From Eledone cirrhosa (Eukaryota): DNA of 64,000 nt. The notes beneath the pieces are model-generated. The model was not told where the DNA came from and searched no databases. It saw only the letters and a list, made by a program, of their open reading frames with translations. This document shows, one piece after another, positions 13,700 through 28,756 of the stretch (position 1 is its first letter; each line of letters opens with the position of its first letter). The stretch lies in NCBI GenBank assembly GCA_964016885.1, contig OZ024742.1:194556001-194620000 (forward strand). The letters run 5' to 3'. Made by a program: the position numbers and the translations under genes.

Positions 13700-15820
13700 T
13701 ATATTGTTATACTTGGGGAGGATCATATTGTTATAATAATATTGCCAGAAATAATGACAGAACACACTCACTGTTTGGTTAGTCTTCGCTTCTGTATCTT
13801 TTATAACTCCATAGTTGATTTGGCAATCAACGTTTATCATTGATTGACCAACATTTAAAAATACAGATATAAATATATATCTATATTCTATCAAATTTCT
13901 TTCGTTGCACATCTGCAACATCATCAGTCGTACTATTATCATGTTCCCTCCTATTGTATTGTAATGTTTACGCCATTTTAATTTTATTTATTTTTATTTT
14001 TTATTTTTGTCTCCGTCTCTGCGCATGCGTTTGCGTGTGTATATAATGTTTTGTGTGTGTGTTCGTGTTTGAGTGTATGTGTTTTGTTTTTTGTATTCTA
14101 TCTCTGTTTACTAGTGTGTGTTTGTATATGTTTGTTGTTATTGTACTTGTGTATATATTTATTTAATTATTTATTTATATTTCCCTTAAGTCAGTATGGT
14201 TTGTTTGGGTATGGTTCTATATTTCTCTTGCCTTTCTGATTTGCCTACCTGTTGGGTCATTTCTATGTTTAGATATTATTTTAATTTCTATGTTATCTAT
14301 ACTACCATCATGTCTTTGTCTGGCGTGTTCGTATAGTACTGAACCGACTTTGGTCCTTTTAATTTCTCCCAGTGTTGGGCTATCCTTTCTCCTATGCTTC
14401 CAGCTGTCTCACCTATGAATGTTGTTGTTATGTTTCTACAAGTACTCTCTGTACATATTATGCTATAGACTACATTTCTAGTTTTACAGTTTATCTGGGG
14501 GTTCATTTTACATATAACAGATTTCTTATTAGTACAGTGGGTTTTCTTAAAGGGGTATGTTTTGCTGCTCAGGATTTTATGGTACTTCCTAGCTTTTATA
14601 GCACTTTAATCTTTAAGTGGGTCTTTCTTAGGGCGTTTCTACATTGGTTAGCTAATTTCCCCCAGGGGTAGCATCCACAAACATGACACTCTGCTATCTC
14701 TGGTTGTCGTACCATGAAATGGCTTTCCCTATCTTATGTTTAGTCCTATCTAAGCTATTCGATGATTTGCTCCTGTATAAATTCCTTTCGTGTCCATTTC
14801 TATGAGGGTCGTATACTTCTCCGTAGATCCTTTGTATACTCTGATTATCTCTCTTTGGTTGTAGCCAGAGAACTGCATGCGGTTGATGAAGTGTTGGATG
14901 TGTCTTTCCATTTCAGTTATATGTATACGGGACACATTCTTCATCACTCCTACTATGTCTGTGATCAGAATATTAAACTTAGCACTATTGTACATTGCTG
15001 AGTTTTTTAGTATCAGGTATTTGGTGGCCATGGGATTAGCATAGTGTGGGTGGAGAATTTGGGCCCTCTCGTCTATAGTGTTAATCCAGATTTCCGTGTC
15101 TAATACTGGTAGTCTATCGTTAGGGTGCTTTGAGGCCTAGTCAACAGTTACAGTAATAATCTGTTGTATGGAGTTAGCTATCTGCTGGATACTTTCCATT
15201 GTTCTATCTTCTAAATCATGTTCATTAGTACTCTCTTGTGGTGGTGTTCTTATTACTATATTATTATCGTCTACGTAACGAAAGTACATGACGAGGTCTA
15301 TGGAGCTCTCTTCAAGAAGTTCTTTGGGTTTCCTTTTCCACCATACCATAAATAGATTGGTAACGTCACCAGCTATGCTGACGCCAATGACTGCTCCCTC
15401 ATTCCGGGTGTAGAACTTTTCGTTATATTTAAACATATGGCCCGTTAGGGTAGTTTTAACACTAGCCCCTATTGCATGTGCGACCATTTTTCTCACCTGA
15501 TCATTATTTTTGAGTGTCCGTATGCGTTTGGTCAATCCATCCCATCTTACCATGGGAGTCTTTTTAGCCATTGGGGTTTTGGTGGGCATCTACCACTTAT
15601 GGGTCTACTGGGACAGAAACAACTACGGTCATGGTCATCTAGGTACTCGGTGTCATAAGTGAGTCTAAGTAGGAGGCCCAGTTCACCTGTGTCGACGTCG
15701 CAGAACTCCACTTCGATCTCACTGATTATTTCCACACATTTTTCCACAGCAAAATCAATGTTAATGGATGGGTACAGTGATACCACATCCACACTGCCTA
15801 TTATGCAGTTGCCAGTAACA
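13700..15820 (-). mobile_element. Penelope-like retroelement family B, decayed (RT + GIY-YIG + terminal repeat)
   Basis: IIGSVDVVSLYPSI (15547-15873), EGAVIGVSIAG..YFRYVDD (15137-15589), LPVLD, thumb region (14750-15031), CKTRNVVYSIIC..FIGETAGSIGERIAQH (14297-14506); degenerate hammerhead at 13890-13931. Confidence 0.9.
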
Positions 15821-16623
<803 letters not shown>

Positions 16624-16634
16624 ATGTATATATA

Positions 16635-18160
16635 TACCTACTACGTTCGTTAAGCTAATCGACAAACACTTCCCTAAACTACACAGATACCATAAAATCT
16701 TTAATAGAAGAACTATAAAACTATTTTACTCTACTTTAGCCAACATAGACTCACACATTTCATAAAATCAGCCACAAAAATATCTCTAAAGAAAATACCT
16801 TATCAATATACACCAAACCACCAAATACAAAACGCAAACACATAACAACATGCCAACCACAAACACATGAGGACGCATCACACAAAACACTAATAGGCTT
16901 AAATCTCAACCCACCCACAACAACATACAAAATCACAACGGAGAACCTGCACACAGAAAAGCCTCCATCTGTAACTGCCACCTCCGAGATAAGTCCCCAC
17001 TACCAAATAGATGCCTGAATTCGAGTATGGTGTTCCTGTGTACTGTAAGTTCAGGGAACATTACGTGGCACTACATATGTTCGACGGCTGGGGAGTTCAA
17101 AAAAAGGTGGTACGTCCACAGACACTCCATGAAGAACCGTAGACTGGAGAACTCTACGATGCTTGCCAATAAAATCTGGCAGCTTAATAACACAAACCTA
17201 GAATATAGGATTAGCTGGTCAAAATTATCAGGAGCAAGGGCCTACAACAATGGGATGTCCCACTGCGGACTTTATAATATGGAGCTATTCCATATTTTCA
17301 GTTACGATAAGATGTTGCTTAACAGCAAAATAGAAAGATCAGTTTTCTGTAGGATGAAATAGCTACCAAGTTCACAAATTTCAAACCACCATGATTCGAG
17401 CCAGCAATCCCAAAATTAGAACTGAACCACCCAGGTTTTAACGCTATTAGATGTCAAACAGCCAACTGGTCACTAGATCATAAATCTCTTAACATCTTTC
17501 AACCTCTCTACCTGAAACCGCATCAACCCCATTAAGACAAGACAATCAGCAAAACATTTACCACACGCATTTGTCAAACCTCCCTTCACCATCCACCCTT
17601 AGCCCTTGGATCTCATACTAGTATCTCCCTATTAATCGCTAATTTATTGTTTTTTTCTTTTGTCTGTCACTACCTCAGACTCTCTGCACATATATATGTA
17701 TATTTCGAATGGGACTTTTCATATTAGCATTAAACCCACCCCAGAATCCTTATACGAACACTTACTCACCACCACCACTATCATATTCTGTACTTATATG
17801 CTCTCACTTATCCTTATTTCTTTATATTTCTATTATTTTTCCATTATCTTATTTTTTTACTGTATCTTTTTTCTTATCTTTTACGTTTTACATCTGTAAC
17901 TTCCTTACCTATTTATCATATATATTTTATTATTGATGTTATTATTTTGATTATACGCTATTTCTCTATATATATCTTGCCTTATATGAATTATTTTTGT
18001 ATTCTGAGGATTTGATCAGAGGTAAATAATGTAATGGTGATCGAGTGACGCAACTTCAAGTAATTAACGGCCTCTAGACTCTCCTGATCAAAGAAACAAT
18101 TGTTAATACCTGAAATAAAGCCCCTTCTTGTACAGCCAACCATGTTACTCTTCATTCTTT

Positions 18161-18163
<3 letters not shown>
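16635..18163 (+). mobile_element. PLE family A second copy, 3' fragment (GIY-YIG 17027-17362 + terminal repeat)
   Basis: Colinear homolog of ~11330-12870; ends in (TA)n. Confidence 0.9.
17999..18109 (+). ncRNA. Type I hammerhead, family A, intact core
   Basis: Stem I GTATT/AATAC, CTGAGGA, stem II TTTGATCAG/CTGATCAAA enclosing an insert, GAAAC-AATT-GTT. Confidence 0.85.
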
Positions 18164-18233
<70 letters not shown>

Positions 18234-18239
18234 TTTTAA

Positions 18240-19520
<1,281 letters not shown>

Positions 19521-19960
19521 AAACCATGTGCGTTATTCAGTCTTATATTTTGAAGTGAATCATACCAATTTTTCAGGCTACTTGCTGAAGATATCTGAAT
19601 TTGGTATTTTTTTACTTTTTCATTTATCGAAATATATTTGGATTTTAAGGTTTAAACTTATCTACGGAGCAGGTTTGGATTTTGAAATTTAAATTTGTCC
19701 AAGTACCATGGCCATTTGCCAATATGATTTGTTTTTATTGATTTATTATTTTCAATCGAGACAGGCAAACTGTATTATTATAATTAGTATTTTTCAATCT
19801 AGTTAACTTAGTCATTTACAATACAAACACTTATATGTTGGTATTAGTGTTTATCAAATATATTAATTTATATTAACTTGTATTACACGGCTCAGGAATA
19901 CTTCTTTCTTTGAGCTATTTCATTGTAAAGGACTGTTTGGTTTAGAACTCGTTATTCATA

Positions 19961-20012
<52 letters not shown>

Positions 20013-20017
<5 letters not shown>

Positions 20018-20432
20018 TAAACGGAAAAGAAAATGCTGACAAATTGTTCACAGTGAAAAATAGTTTAATTAGGAATAAGTGAGAATTAGTAATAGTATTG
20101 GTTAGTATTCAGTTTTGGTTTTAAGCTTTACCGGTTGCGCATTTCTAATGCTTTTCAAAAATAATTTTGAGATAGAGCGTCCGTGATGTTTTCTCTGATG
20201 TTTGCAAACATCACGGTGGCTCTATCTCAAAATTATTTTTGAAAAGCCTTAGAAATGCGCAACCGTAAAGCTTAAAACCGTAAAGCTTAAAACCAAAACT
20301 GAATACTAACCAATACTATTACTAATTCTCACTTATTCCTAATTAACCTATTTTTCACTGTGAACAATTTGTCAGCATTTTATTTTCCGTTTACCAATAT
20401 ATCATAACTTGTGTGTTACACCTCTATTCTTT

Positions 20433-20435
<3 letters not shown>
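20013..20435. repeat. Fold-back palindrome of PLE terminal repeat (family of 5941/8400/51760) with variant hammerheads
   Basis: Arms ~20013-20190 and ~20208-20400 around GATGTTTGCAAACATC; (TA)n on both sides; minus-strand TTGAAAA-GCAT-TAGAA-ATGC-GCAAC-CG-GTA at 20126-20161. Confidence 0.85.
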
Positions 20436-20502
<67 letters not shown>

Positions 20503-21009
20503 TGTATAATGTTAATTTAGTCTTTCGAATATATAGACGTGTGTTAAGGGTTTGTGCACATGCATGTTTGTGTTTATATATATATAGGTGTGCGTATATG
20601 TGTGTCTGCGTTTCTGTGTGTGTCAGTGTTAAATCCCGAAATCTAGGTGTTCGACAAACAGAGATCACTGAAATAAATAACAACCATGGAAACTAATTTC
20701 TGGGCTCGATATGACCGTTCAAATTCGTTAAAAGCGGTGCCACAGCATGGCCGCAGTCTTATGAGAGAAGCCAGTAAAAGAATATATCGATATAAGATTA
20801 TGAATGACGTATATACATATATTTGGAAATTTAACAGAGAATCTATCCGAATAATACCGTCTAAGGACATCTATTAAAGTGTCCTTTCGCATAAATGCTA
20901 CTTCAATGAACACAATGTTTTAACTTCACTGGGAGAATATCGATTCATCTACATACCTTTTTTAAAAGCATAGTATATAAGAAATAGTTATAGTTACATT
21001 GTAGTTGTA

Positions 21010-21350
21010 GCATGGCTGAATGGCTAAGGTGATCGCTTCGTAATCATTAGGTCTCGAATTTGATCCTAGTGCATGGTATCCTGGTCATGTCCCATTTGCT
21101 ATAGTCCCGGATTGTCATATGCCATGTGGGTGAAACTGGGTAGACAGAAATAGTTTGGAAGACCGTGGGTGGCAGTGTACACGGTAATTGAAAGGGTTAG
21201 TCATATCATACACTCTAAATATCTCTGATAATCACGTTAAGTGTGCATGGGTGTATAGAATGCTTAGTTATTTACTCGTTTATTTCATGAGCAGGCTGTT
21301 CCGTTGATGGACGAATTGGAACACTGTTCATCGAAACCGACAGAGGTCCA
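21010..21350 (+). mobile_element. Diverged tRNA-derived SINE (family S2); related pieces at 28850-29010 (-) and 3700-3890
   Basis: TGGCTGAATGGCTAAG A-box-like head, degenerate B box, GGTAGACAGAAA body motif shared with 28870. Confidence 0.5.
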
Positions 21351-22346
21351 TTGCATGACTGTGTAGTAAAACAGTACAATGCATATAATCCATTATAATG
21401 TAACCAGTATTCTATCTTTATATAGGTTTTGTTTGTTGTTTAAAAAAGTATGTATGGAACCAAATGAATAATGGAAGTTTTTGACCTTTCAAAATTATAT
21501 TGGCAGTATTTCAATTTCACCAAACAAACAGCACAATAGAACGTTTGTAAAGGAATTCTATAAAAGTAGAGAAGTGAATTCAAAAATGCTTGCATTGGTT
21601 AAGTATAAAATTGAAAGGGAGTTGTAACACAGTTTAAAAATCGGGAGAGATCTTTTAATTTAATGTTTTGCTGAGATTGTTTTTGTGTTTGCTTTTGCCT
21701 CATTTCAATTTTAGCTGTTTCGTGAAATAAATAATTCTGATAAATATGTGTCTGATGTTATTTTTTTGTGTGTTTATTAGTATTTAAATGTACGATTGTG
21801 TGTATGTGTATGCATGTTTATGCGTATGTGTGTTTGTGTAGTTTTATGCGTGTGTGTATATAATGGTTTGAAAGGATACGTGAAACCGTTATAATCTAAC
21901 TGGGTATATTATTATTTTCTTTTTCAACAGTTGACTACACTGTGTTCTCTGTAATGACGGGGCATTCGTCTCGTATAGGTCAAATATTGATTGGCTATGC
22001 AACGTTTGTTATCAATATATTACATATGCCTGGTCTCTGTCCTTCAGTTAACAATGGCTTCGCATTTGTTTTTGTTTTCACGATATATCTGTTATTTTTC
22101 ATTTCCCTAATATTGCGTTGTAGACATAATCTTTCATTCAATTTAACAACAGCACCCGATACTTTAGTGCCTATAGTAGAAGTATAACAGCATCATCACC
22201 TCTCATGTGGCCGCGTAGTTTCACACAAAAGAGAGGAAGGACTACGTCATTTAGGCCAGCCCGAACAACAGAAAAATAAACATTTCTGCTGTTTCAACAA
22301 CTATTTCCAGCTTTCGAGTCTCCGATGGTTCTATGAACTTCATATA

Positions 22347-23007
22347 CGAGGGCAATCCCAAAAGTAAGGTCTCCAAAGCGATGGGGACGCAGAGAAACTG
22401 TTCGTACGGCTATTGGCAACACTGTTGTGATTGGTGCTTCCTTCACTCCCAAACAAGCATGCACGCGCTTCGCTGGGATTCTCAATCTTGGCTTGTCAGC
22501 CGTTGAGAATGGAGCTCCCGTCGAACGCTACCGCCAAGAGCGAAGTTCGCGCAGTTATTCGGTTTCTGAACGCAAAAGGCGTTGAACCGATTGAAATTTA
22601 TCGCCAATTGACGGAAGTGTATGGACAGTCGTGCATGGATGTCAAAAACGTTCGCAAGTGGTGTAGAGAGATTACAGCCGGTAGTACTGAAATTCACGAC
22701 GAACAAACGATCGGGCGAGCGTCAATTTCCGACGAGACAGTCGCAAAGGTTGAGGAAAACATGCGTAAAGATCGGCGGATCACTCTGGATGCTCTCTGCA
22801 TTTTGGTTCCTGAGGTTTCCCGAAGCACCATCCCCAGTATTTTAACGTAAAAGTTGCAATATCGGAAAGGAGTTGGCTGTAGCGTTCAGCAGGAGCTCCA
22901 TTTTCAACGGCTGCCAAGCCAAGGCTGTGCATCCCAGCCAATAGCCGTACGAACAGTTTCTCTGCGTCACCATCGCTTTGGAGATCTTACTTTTGGGATT
23001 GCTCTCG
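22347..23007 (+). mobile_element. Non-autonomous mariner-like element with TA target duplication and truncated transposase HTH
   Basis: TA-CGAGGGCAATCCCAAAAGTAAG..CTTACTTTTGGGATTGCTCTCG-TA; frame 22509-22850 EVRAVIRFLNAKGVEPIEIYRQLTEVYGQSCMDVKNVRKWCRE..DRRIT; no catalytic domain. Confidence 0.9.
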
Positions 23008-23333
23008 TATATATCCATACATATATATAATTTAAAAGGAACATATTTATTCCTTACACATGTTTTCAAGGAGTTCTGTGTTTATGCCTACACCTACAAA
23101 TCATTCTCACGAATAACTTCTTTCACTTCAAACGTTTATATCATATAAATGCATTGACCTAATCCTTAAAAGACGTGGCAATTATATACTATCATATATA
23201 ATTATCTACTTTCCATCGAGTCAACTTATGCAGCTTCATATGCAAATGAGGTTAATCACCTCATTTACACAGACGAGAAAACTATATAGTCTCGACTGTT
23301 TTCAAGTCCAGCAGTTACAAGAGGTGGGAGGGA

Positions 23334-23375
23334 CCGTCCTGAAGAAGGCTAATCAAGCCTGAAATGCATAGAGGG
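23334..23375 (+). ncRNA. Minimal type I hammerhead motif
   Basis: CTGAAGA-AGGCT-AATCA-AGCCT-GAAA-TGCA-TA; stem I CCGTC/GAGGG with one mismatch; (TA)n about 145 nt downstream. Confidence 0.75.
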
Positions 23376-23515
23376 TGTTCCCCCTTGCTTCTGCTGGACA
23401 CCATCAGAGGCGTTAGCCCCTGTGTTTGCATAGCTACGGCTTCCTAAAAACATGTTTCTTTAGAAATAAGAAAATTCTATACCTATTTGTACAAAGCTAT
23501 GCTTGAAGCGAAATC

Positions 23516-23670
<155 letters not shown>

Positions 23671-23671
23671 C

Positions 23672-23732
<61 letters not shown>

Positions 23733-23892
23733 ATAACAAGATATCGTTCAAGGTAATCCGATTAGAGGTTGTGAAAACTTCTTATCATGAATAGTTTAAG
23801 CGTACGGCGTTGTAAGACTCAACAAGAGGTTTACGTGGATGACGAGTTCATGACTTCACTTGTATTCCTGTGTAAGTACATCTTAGAGTAAT

Positions 23893-24215
23893 AAAATTGA
23901 AAAATTGAAGAATAACATGGTCGAAAATACAAACAAGGAAATTTATTTACAGACTAACAATTGTTTCTATGATAGAGTTGTCTAAAAATTGCTAAACACA
24001 GAAGGTAGTGTCACTCAATTTGAATTTGTAAATTTACGTTAGGCATATTTATTTTATTTTCTCTTGGTCTCTGACGAAATGATATAGATTACATGTATTT
24101 TAAATTGAGTGTGTTTAGCAATGTTTAGACAACTCTATCATAGAAACAATTGTTAGACTGTAAATAAATTTCCTTGTTTGTACTGTCAACCATGTTATTC
24201 TTCAAATTATCAATT
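23893..24215. repeat. Inverted repeat of a family-A-related terminal repeat with hammerhead at 24066-24159 (+)
   Basis: 23893-23999 vs 24111-24215; GTCT-CTGACGA-(65 nt)-GAAAC-AATT-GTT-AGAC. Confidence 0.8.
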
Positions 24216-24499
24216 ATATATATATATAAATATATATATACATACATATATATATATTAGAAAGTGAGATTTTTTTATAAAATGAAAAATAACCGAGGTG
24301 TCCTACACGAGAGAAAGTAGGAGAAATAAAGATGAAATCGAAAATGCAACTGGAGTCTTTTTTATTTAAATATATATATTTATTTGGTTCCTTTACAGGT
24401 TTCGCAGTTCTTCTGCTTTTCAAAATTAGAATTGAGACGGAGGGTTTGTGGTTTTTCTCACATCTCACAGATGTCGGCCGGGCGTTCAGAAAACGATAA

Positions 24500-25060
24500 A
24501 TGGCTAATAATTCGGGCTGTTTGTTTACAAACAAACCGAGCATTATAATACATATTCTGTAAACCCATACGTACATATATATATGTGTGTCCATGCATGT
24601 ATGTATATACATACTACTGTACGTCTGTATACATATATGTATGTACGCATGCATACTTATATTTAAGTATCAGCCGTACTAAGAGTGAGAAATGAAATTT
24701 CATTTTTTCCATTTATGGTTTTCGGTACGCCCGGCCGACTAACTCACTCAATATGCAAATTAGGCTGCTCAGCCGTTAATATGCATAAGGAAAGTATATA
24801 CTTTCAAACGTTCAATTGACTGATAGGTAGGTATACGGTGCTGGTGACAGCTAATAACTAGAAACTAGTTCATCGTTCAGTGTTGAACAAAAAGTCAACG
24901 AAGGTTGGCGAACACTGTACGGCTAATAATTCGGGCTGTTTGTTTGCAAACATACCGAGCATTATAATAAATGTTCGGTAAACCCATACGTACATATATA
25001 TATGTGTGCATGTATGTATGTATATACATACTACTGTACGTCTGTATACATATATTTTAT
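24500..25060. repeat. ~140-bp direct repeats (24500-24645 and 24920-25060) around a ~270-bp core
   Basis: GGCTAATAATTCGGGCTGTTTGTTT.CAAACA.ACCGAGCATTATAATA..AAACCCATACGTAC occurs twice. Confidence 0.7.
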
Positions 25061-25091
25061 GTACGTATACATACTATATATATATAGATAT

Positions 25092-25174
<83 letters not shown>

Positions 25175-25243
25175 TATAGATATATTCAAGCCAGTATGAA
25201 CGATTTCCACTTTAGTTCGAAGTTCAATTAATCTGATCAATAT

Positions 25244-25278
<35 letters not shown>

Positions 25279-25306
25279 AATATGTATGTATGTGTGTATG
25301 TATATA

Positions 25307-25367
<61 letters not shown>

Positions 25368-25462
25368 TATAAATACACACACACATATATATATATATAT
25401 GAAAAACATGGGAAGGAAGAGGAATACTGCGTGGTTGCACATGGGTTACATATAAAATTAGT

Positions 25463-25528
<66 letters not shown>

Positions 25529-26804
25529 GTGCGTGTGTGTGTGTGTATGTGTGTGTATTGATCTGATTAGTGAACTTTGAACTAAAATGTAAATTGAGTT
25601 TCGTTTTGAAATGAAGATCCTTCATTCGTTTTCACAATATTATTCCTCCGATATTATTTCCTGTAGATATCTAAGTCTTTTTGATTCATTCATTTCCAGG
25701 AATGTTTAAACTACGTTCAGTAACACTACTTCATCTTAGATTATAAACATTAAATAAATATTGACATAAAGACGAGTTAAAAAGTTTTCTTTGTTATAAA
25801 ATAACTGTTCAATGGAATCTAATGAAGGTATCTTACTATATACGTTGTCATATTATATATATCTATTGCACGCATTTTCTTATTTTAGAAATCACTGTAT
25901 CGCAATTTAGGCAAGCAGTTTCTTTCGCCACTTTTATGTTTAATAATAGACTTTAATTGGACATATATAGATATGGCAATACATTATTCAAAAGATGCAT
26001 ATAAGAAATCTATGGAGAATAAAATATTAAGGTCAATATGGAAAATTCTTTCACGATACGCTATCAGCAATTCAATGAAACCTTTTGGTAAAGGTCCTTG
26101 TGTCGTGCCGTAATTCATTCGTATCGTACAATACATGTAAAGAAACATTTAATAAAGAAAATGCCACACACATGTTTCATCTTTCCTTTCATTGTTTGCC
26201 AGTTTTTTGCTCGCAGCAGTTTACAGTATATATCTTCCACATCTGATTCATTACAGTGGTTTTATAGTTGCTTTAAAATGGCCAAAGGAAATATTCTGTT
26301 TATACCATATATCGAATAACAATAAATGTTTATATCTTTTTTATTTGAAAACTCCGGTTGTAGGGACAGTACCCTTTGCCTTCACAAATCTGGAGGAAAC
26401 TAGGGTTCGATGCCATTAATGGTCCCCTTATATTGTTATACATTCACTGTTTCTTTTAATTATTTTCTTTCATTAGTTCAGCAGAAAGGAGAATTGCCCA
26501 TGGGTTTCGTATGATACCAGATACGTAAATTTGATGCTTAGATTGTTGTAAATTTACTGTGGAAATATGTGATCAATGGGATGGTTTTCTAGTTCGGACT
26601 AATTAGATGTAGCGGGTAATGTGGATATTGGAGTTGAATGCAACATAGAGCATGTGAGGAGGAGAGATGTGTTGGGTGACAGTACCTGAGGGGGGAAGGA
26701 GTATAGCCAGTTCCTAGTAGATTAGAAAAGTCATTGTAGAATATTTATTACCACTTGCATATGTATATATGTATGTCTGTATGTATGTCTCCATGTATTT
26801 ATGT

Positions 26805-27095
26805 ATGCCAGGTCTTTCTTCAGTGCTACTGGTAATATGTAACCCAGACCAACCTGTGCATGATCGGGTAATCGGCGACTAAACTGGCAACCCTACCATG
26901 CTTGTCTGATGAGGAGCGGGGCACCCTGTGGGATGAAAATCAAGACCCCTCAAAAAGCAAGGGTTTCAGGGGATTCAAATTTCATCCAAATTCTTTTTTG
27001 TGGAGCGACAGACACCTAGTCTTCATTAAATCATCACTCTTGGAGAAGCCACACTATATAAAACCTGTGACTTCATGTGCATACAATGATGTAGA
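26805..27095 (+). mobile_element. Interspersed repeat, probably an RTE-type LINE 5' UTR fragment; related copies 43145-43345/43450-43690, 54956-55335 and 27930-28070
   Basis: Shared CTACTGGTAA.ATGTA.CCCA..CAACCTGT..GGTCGGGT..GGCGACTAAACTGGCAACCC..GAGGAG. Family identity is inferred. Confidence 0.5.
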
Positions 27096-27412
27096 CCAGT
27101 TCTTTGTGGCAAATGCATTCGATGTTCAAAGAGTAGAATTGGCTACGTACAAAGCTTTTCCTCACTTAAAAAAGCACAGGCATCGTTTGATACGCGATAT
27201 GTTTTGCGAAGCCTCAACTTGATGATCATAAACAAGACCCTCGCAGGGCTACAAAGCCTCATCCGTGATGCTCATGCGATAGCATTACTCTAAATCAGCC
27301 ATAATATGACTATGTATCTATAGCTGACTAAATACACGGGTGCTTTTTCTCAAAGAAATGCCAGTTACTTCTCTCTTTTTTATCTTTCTATTTCATCTTT
27401 TATTTCTTATTC

Positions 27413-27452
27413 TATCTTCTGATGAAAGTCTACAGCCCGAAAAGTAAAGATA
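27413..27452 (+). ncRNA. Degenerate minimal hammerhead in a short repeat (homolog 42836-42872)
   Basis: TATCTT-CTGATGA..GAAA..TA-AAGATA; 27360-27540 resembles 42790-42960; both end in microsatellites. Confidence 0.5.
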
Positions 27453-27536
27453 CTTTTCATATTATCAAGCGTTAAACTAATGTATTCCCTCATTGTACTG
27501 TCTTGTTTGTTTTGTTATTACCGTTTACATGTTGCA

Positions 27537-27617
<81 letters not shown>

Positions 27618-27643
27618 GGTGTGTATGATTGTGTACAGAAGAT

Positions 27644-27897
27644 TATATTAATAAAAGGAATTCCAACTTTGTCTGATTTACTCGTTTTATTTACAATCCT
27701 TTAAAATGTATAATGGGATTAGAATGAAATAGTATGGTAGAATATTAAATATTAAGTGTTAATTGAACACTTAACATTTAACACTTAACAATTAATATTC
27801 TACCATACTATTTCATTCTAATACCATTATACATGTTAAGGATTGTAAATAAAACGAGTAAATCAGACAAAGTTGCATTTCCTTTTATTAATATATA
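27644..27897. repeat. Imperfect fold-back palindrome (~120-bp arms)
   Basis: TATTAATAAAAGGAA..GTCTGATTTACTCGTTTTATTTACAATCC is inverted at ~27839-27893. Confidence 0.8.
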
Positions 27898-28559
27898 TAT
27901 AAAAGTAAGTCCATAGAATCATTAGATAAAAGCAAGAGTCTCAGGGGATTCAAATGTCATCCAAATTTTTTTTTTTTTTGTCGAGCGAGAGACACCTATT
28001 CTTCATTAAATCAGCACTCTAGGAGAAAGCCACACTATATAAAATCTGCGACTTCATTTGCATCCAATCATATATAAATGGACCGGATGCAGATCTAATT
28101 GTTTCCTAGATCCAAACATTAATATATGATATAAAATATTTTGTATCACAGAGCAGGTTTCTGGTGGGTTAGTTTCAGAAAAGAAGAAACAGACCGATCG
28201 AAATAGCTACCAGTCACATCCCCTGACAGCAGGTTGGCATGCAGATACGTCTATTTCACAATTTCCACAACCTTAACCCAGACTGTTACTTTATTTATCA
28301 ATCTCGAAACAATGAACGACAAACGCATCTAATCCACCGCACTAAATACTCTGCACTTTTGCCGCTTGGTACCAAACATTTTAATAAATTCCGTTTGGGT
28401 ATTTGAATTGTCCTCTATGACTTTTTAAGATGAATGTTCCACTTGTTCAACCAGCGGAACAACTTTTTCATAAAAGTAACGTATACGTAAATAGGTATTC
28501 CACAGTCACATAAAAAAATAGTCCAAAGTCTCTCTCAGGCTTGGTGGCTCATCAAGTTG

Positions 28560-28756
28560 AGGCTTAAGTGACTGAGAGTACAATACTCTTCGCTGGACAT
28601 GATGCTGTTATTTCTGATACTGATTTTCTGCTAAGTATTTTGGAACAACATGAAATGAAGTATCTTTGCACAAAAACATAACATACCACCGAGTCCAGGA
28701 ACTGAACCCACGATATTATGATCGTAAGTCTAACACTCTTACCACTAGACCACGTG
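28560..28756 (-). mobile_element. tRNA-derived SINE (family S3); related pieces at 41520-41640 (+) and 41840-42005 (-)
   Basis: Reverse strand: CGTGGTCTAGTGGTAAG (A box)..GGGTTCAGTTCCTGG (B box)..GCAAAGATACTTCATTTCA. Confidence 0.6.

Noticed and set aside
21931-22187. Possible terminal exon after TTTTCAACAG (DYTVFSVMTG..)
   Set aside because: Good acceptor but no recognisable protein and no linked exon. Isolated splice-like signals at 40079, 40626, 49430 and 58560-58630 are equally unsupported.
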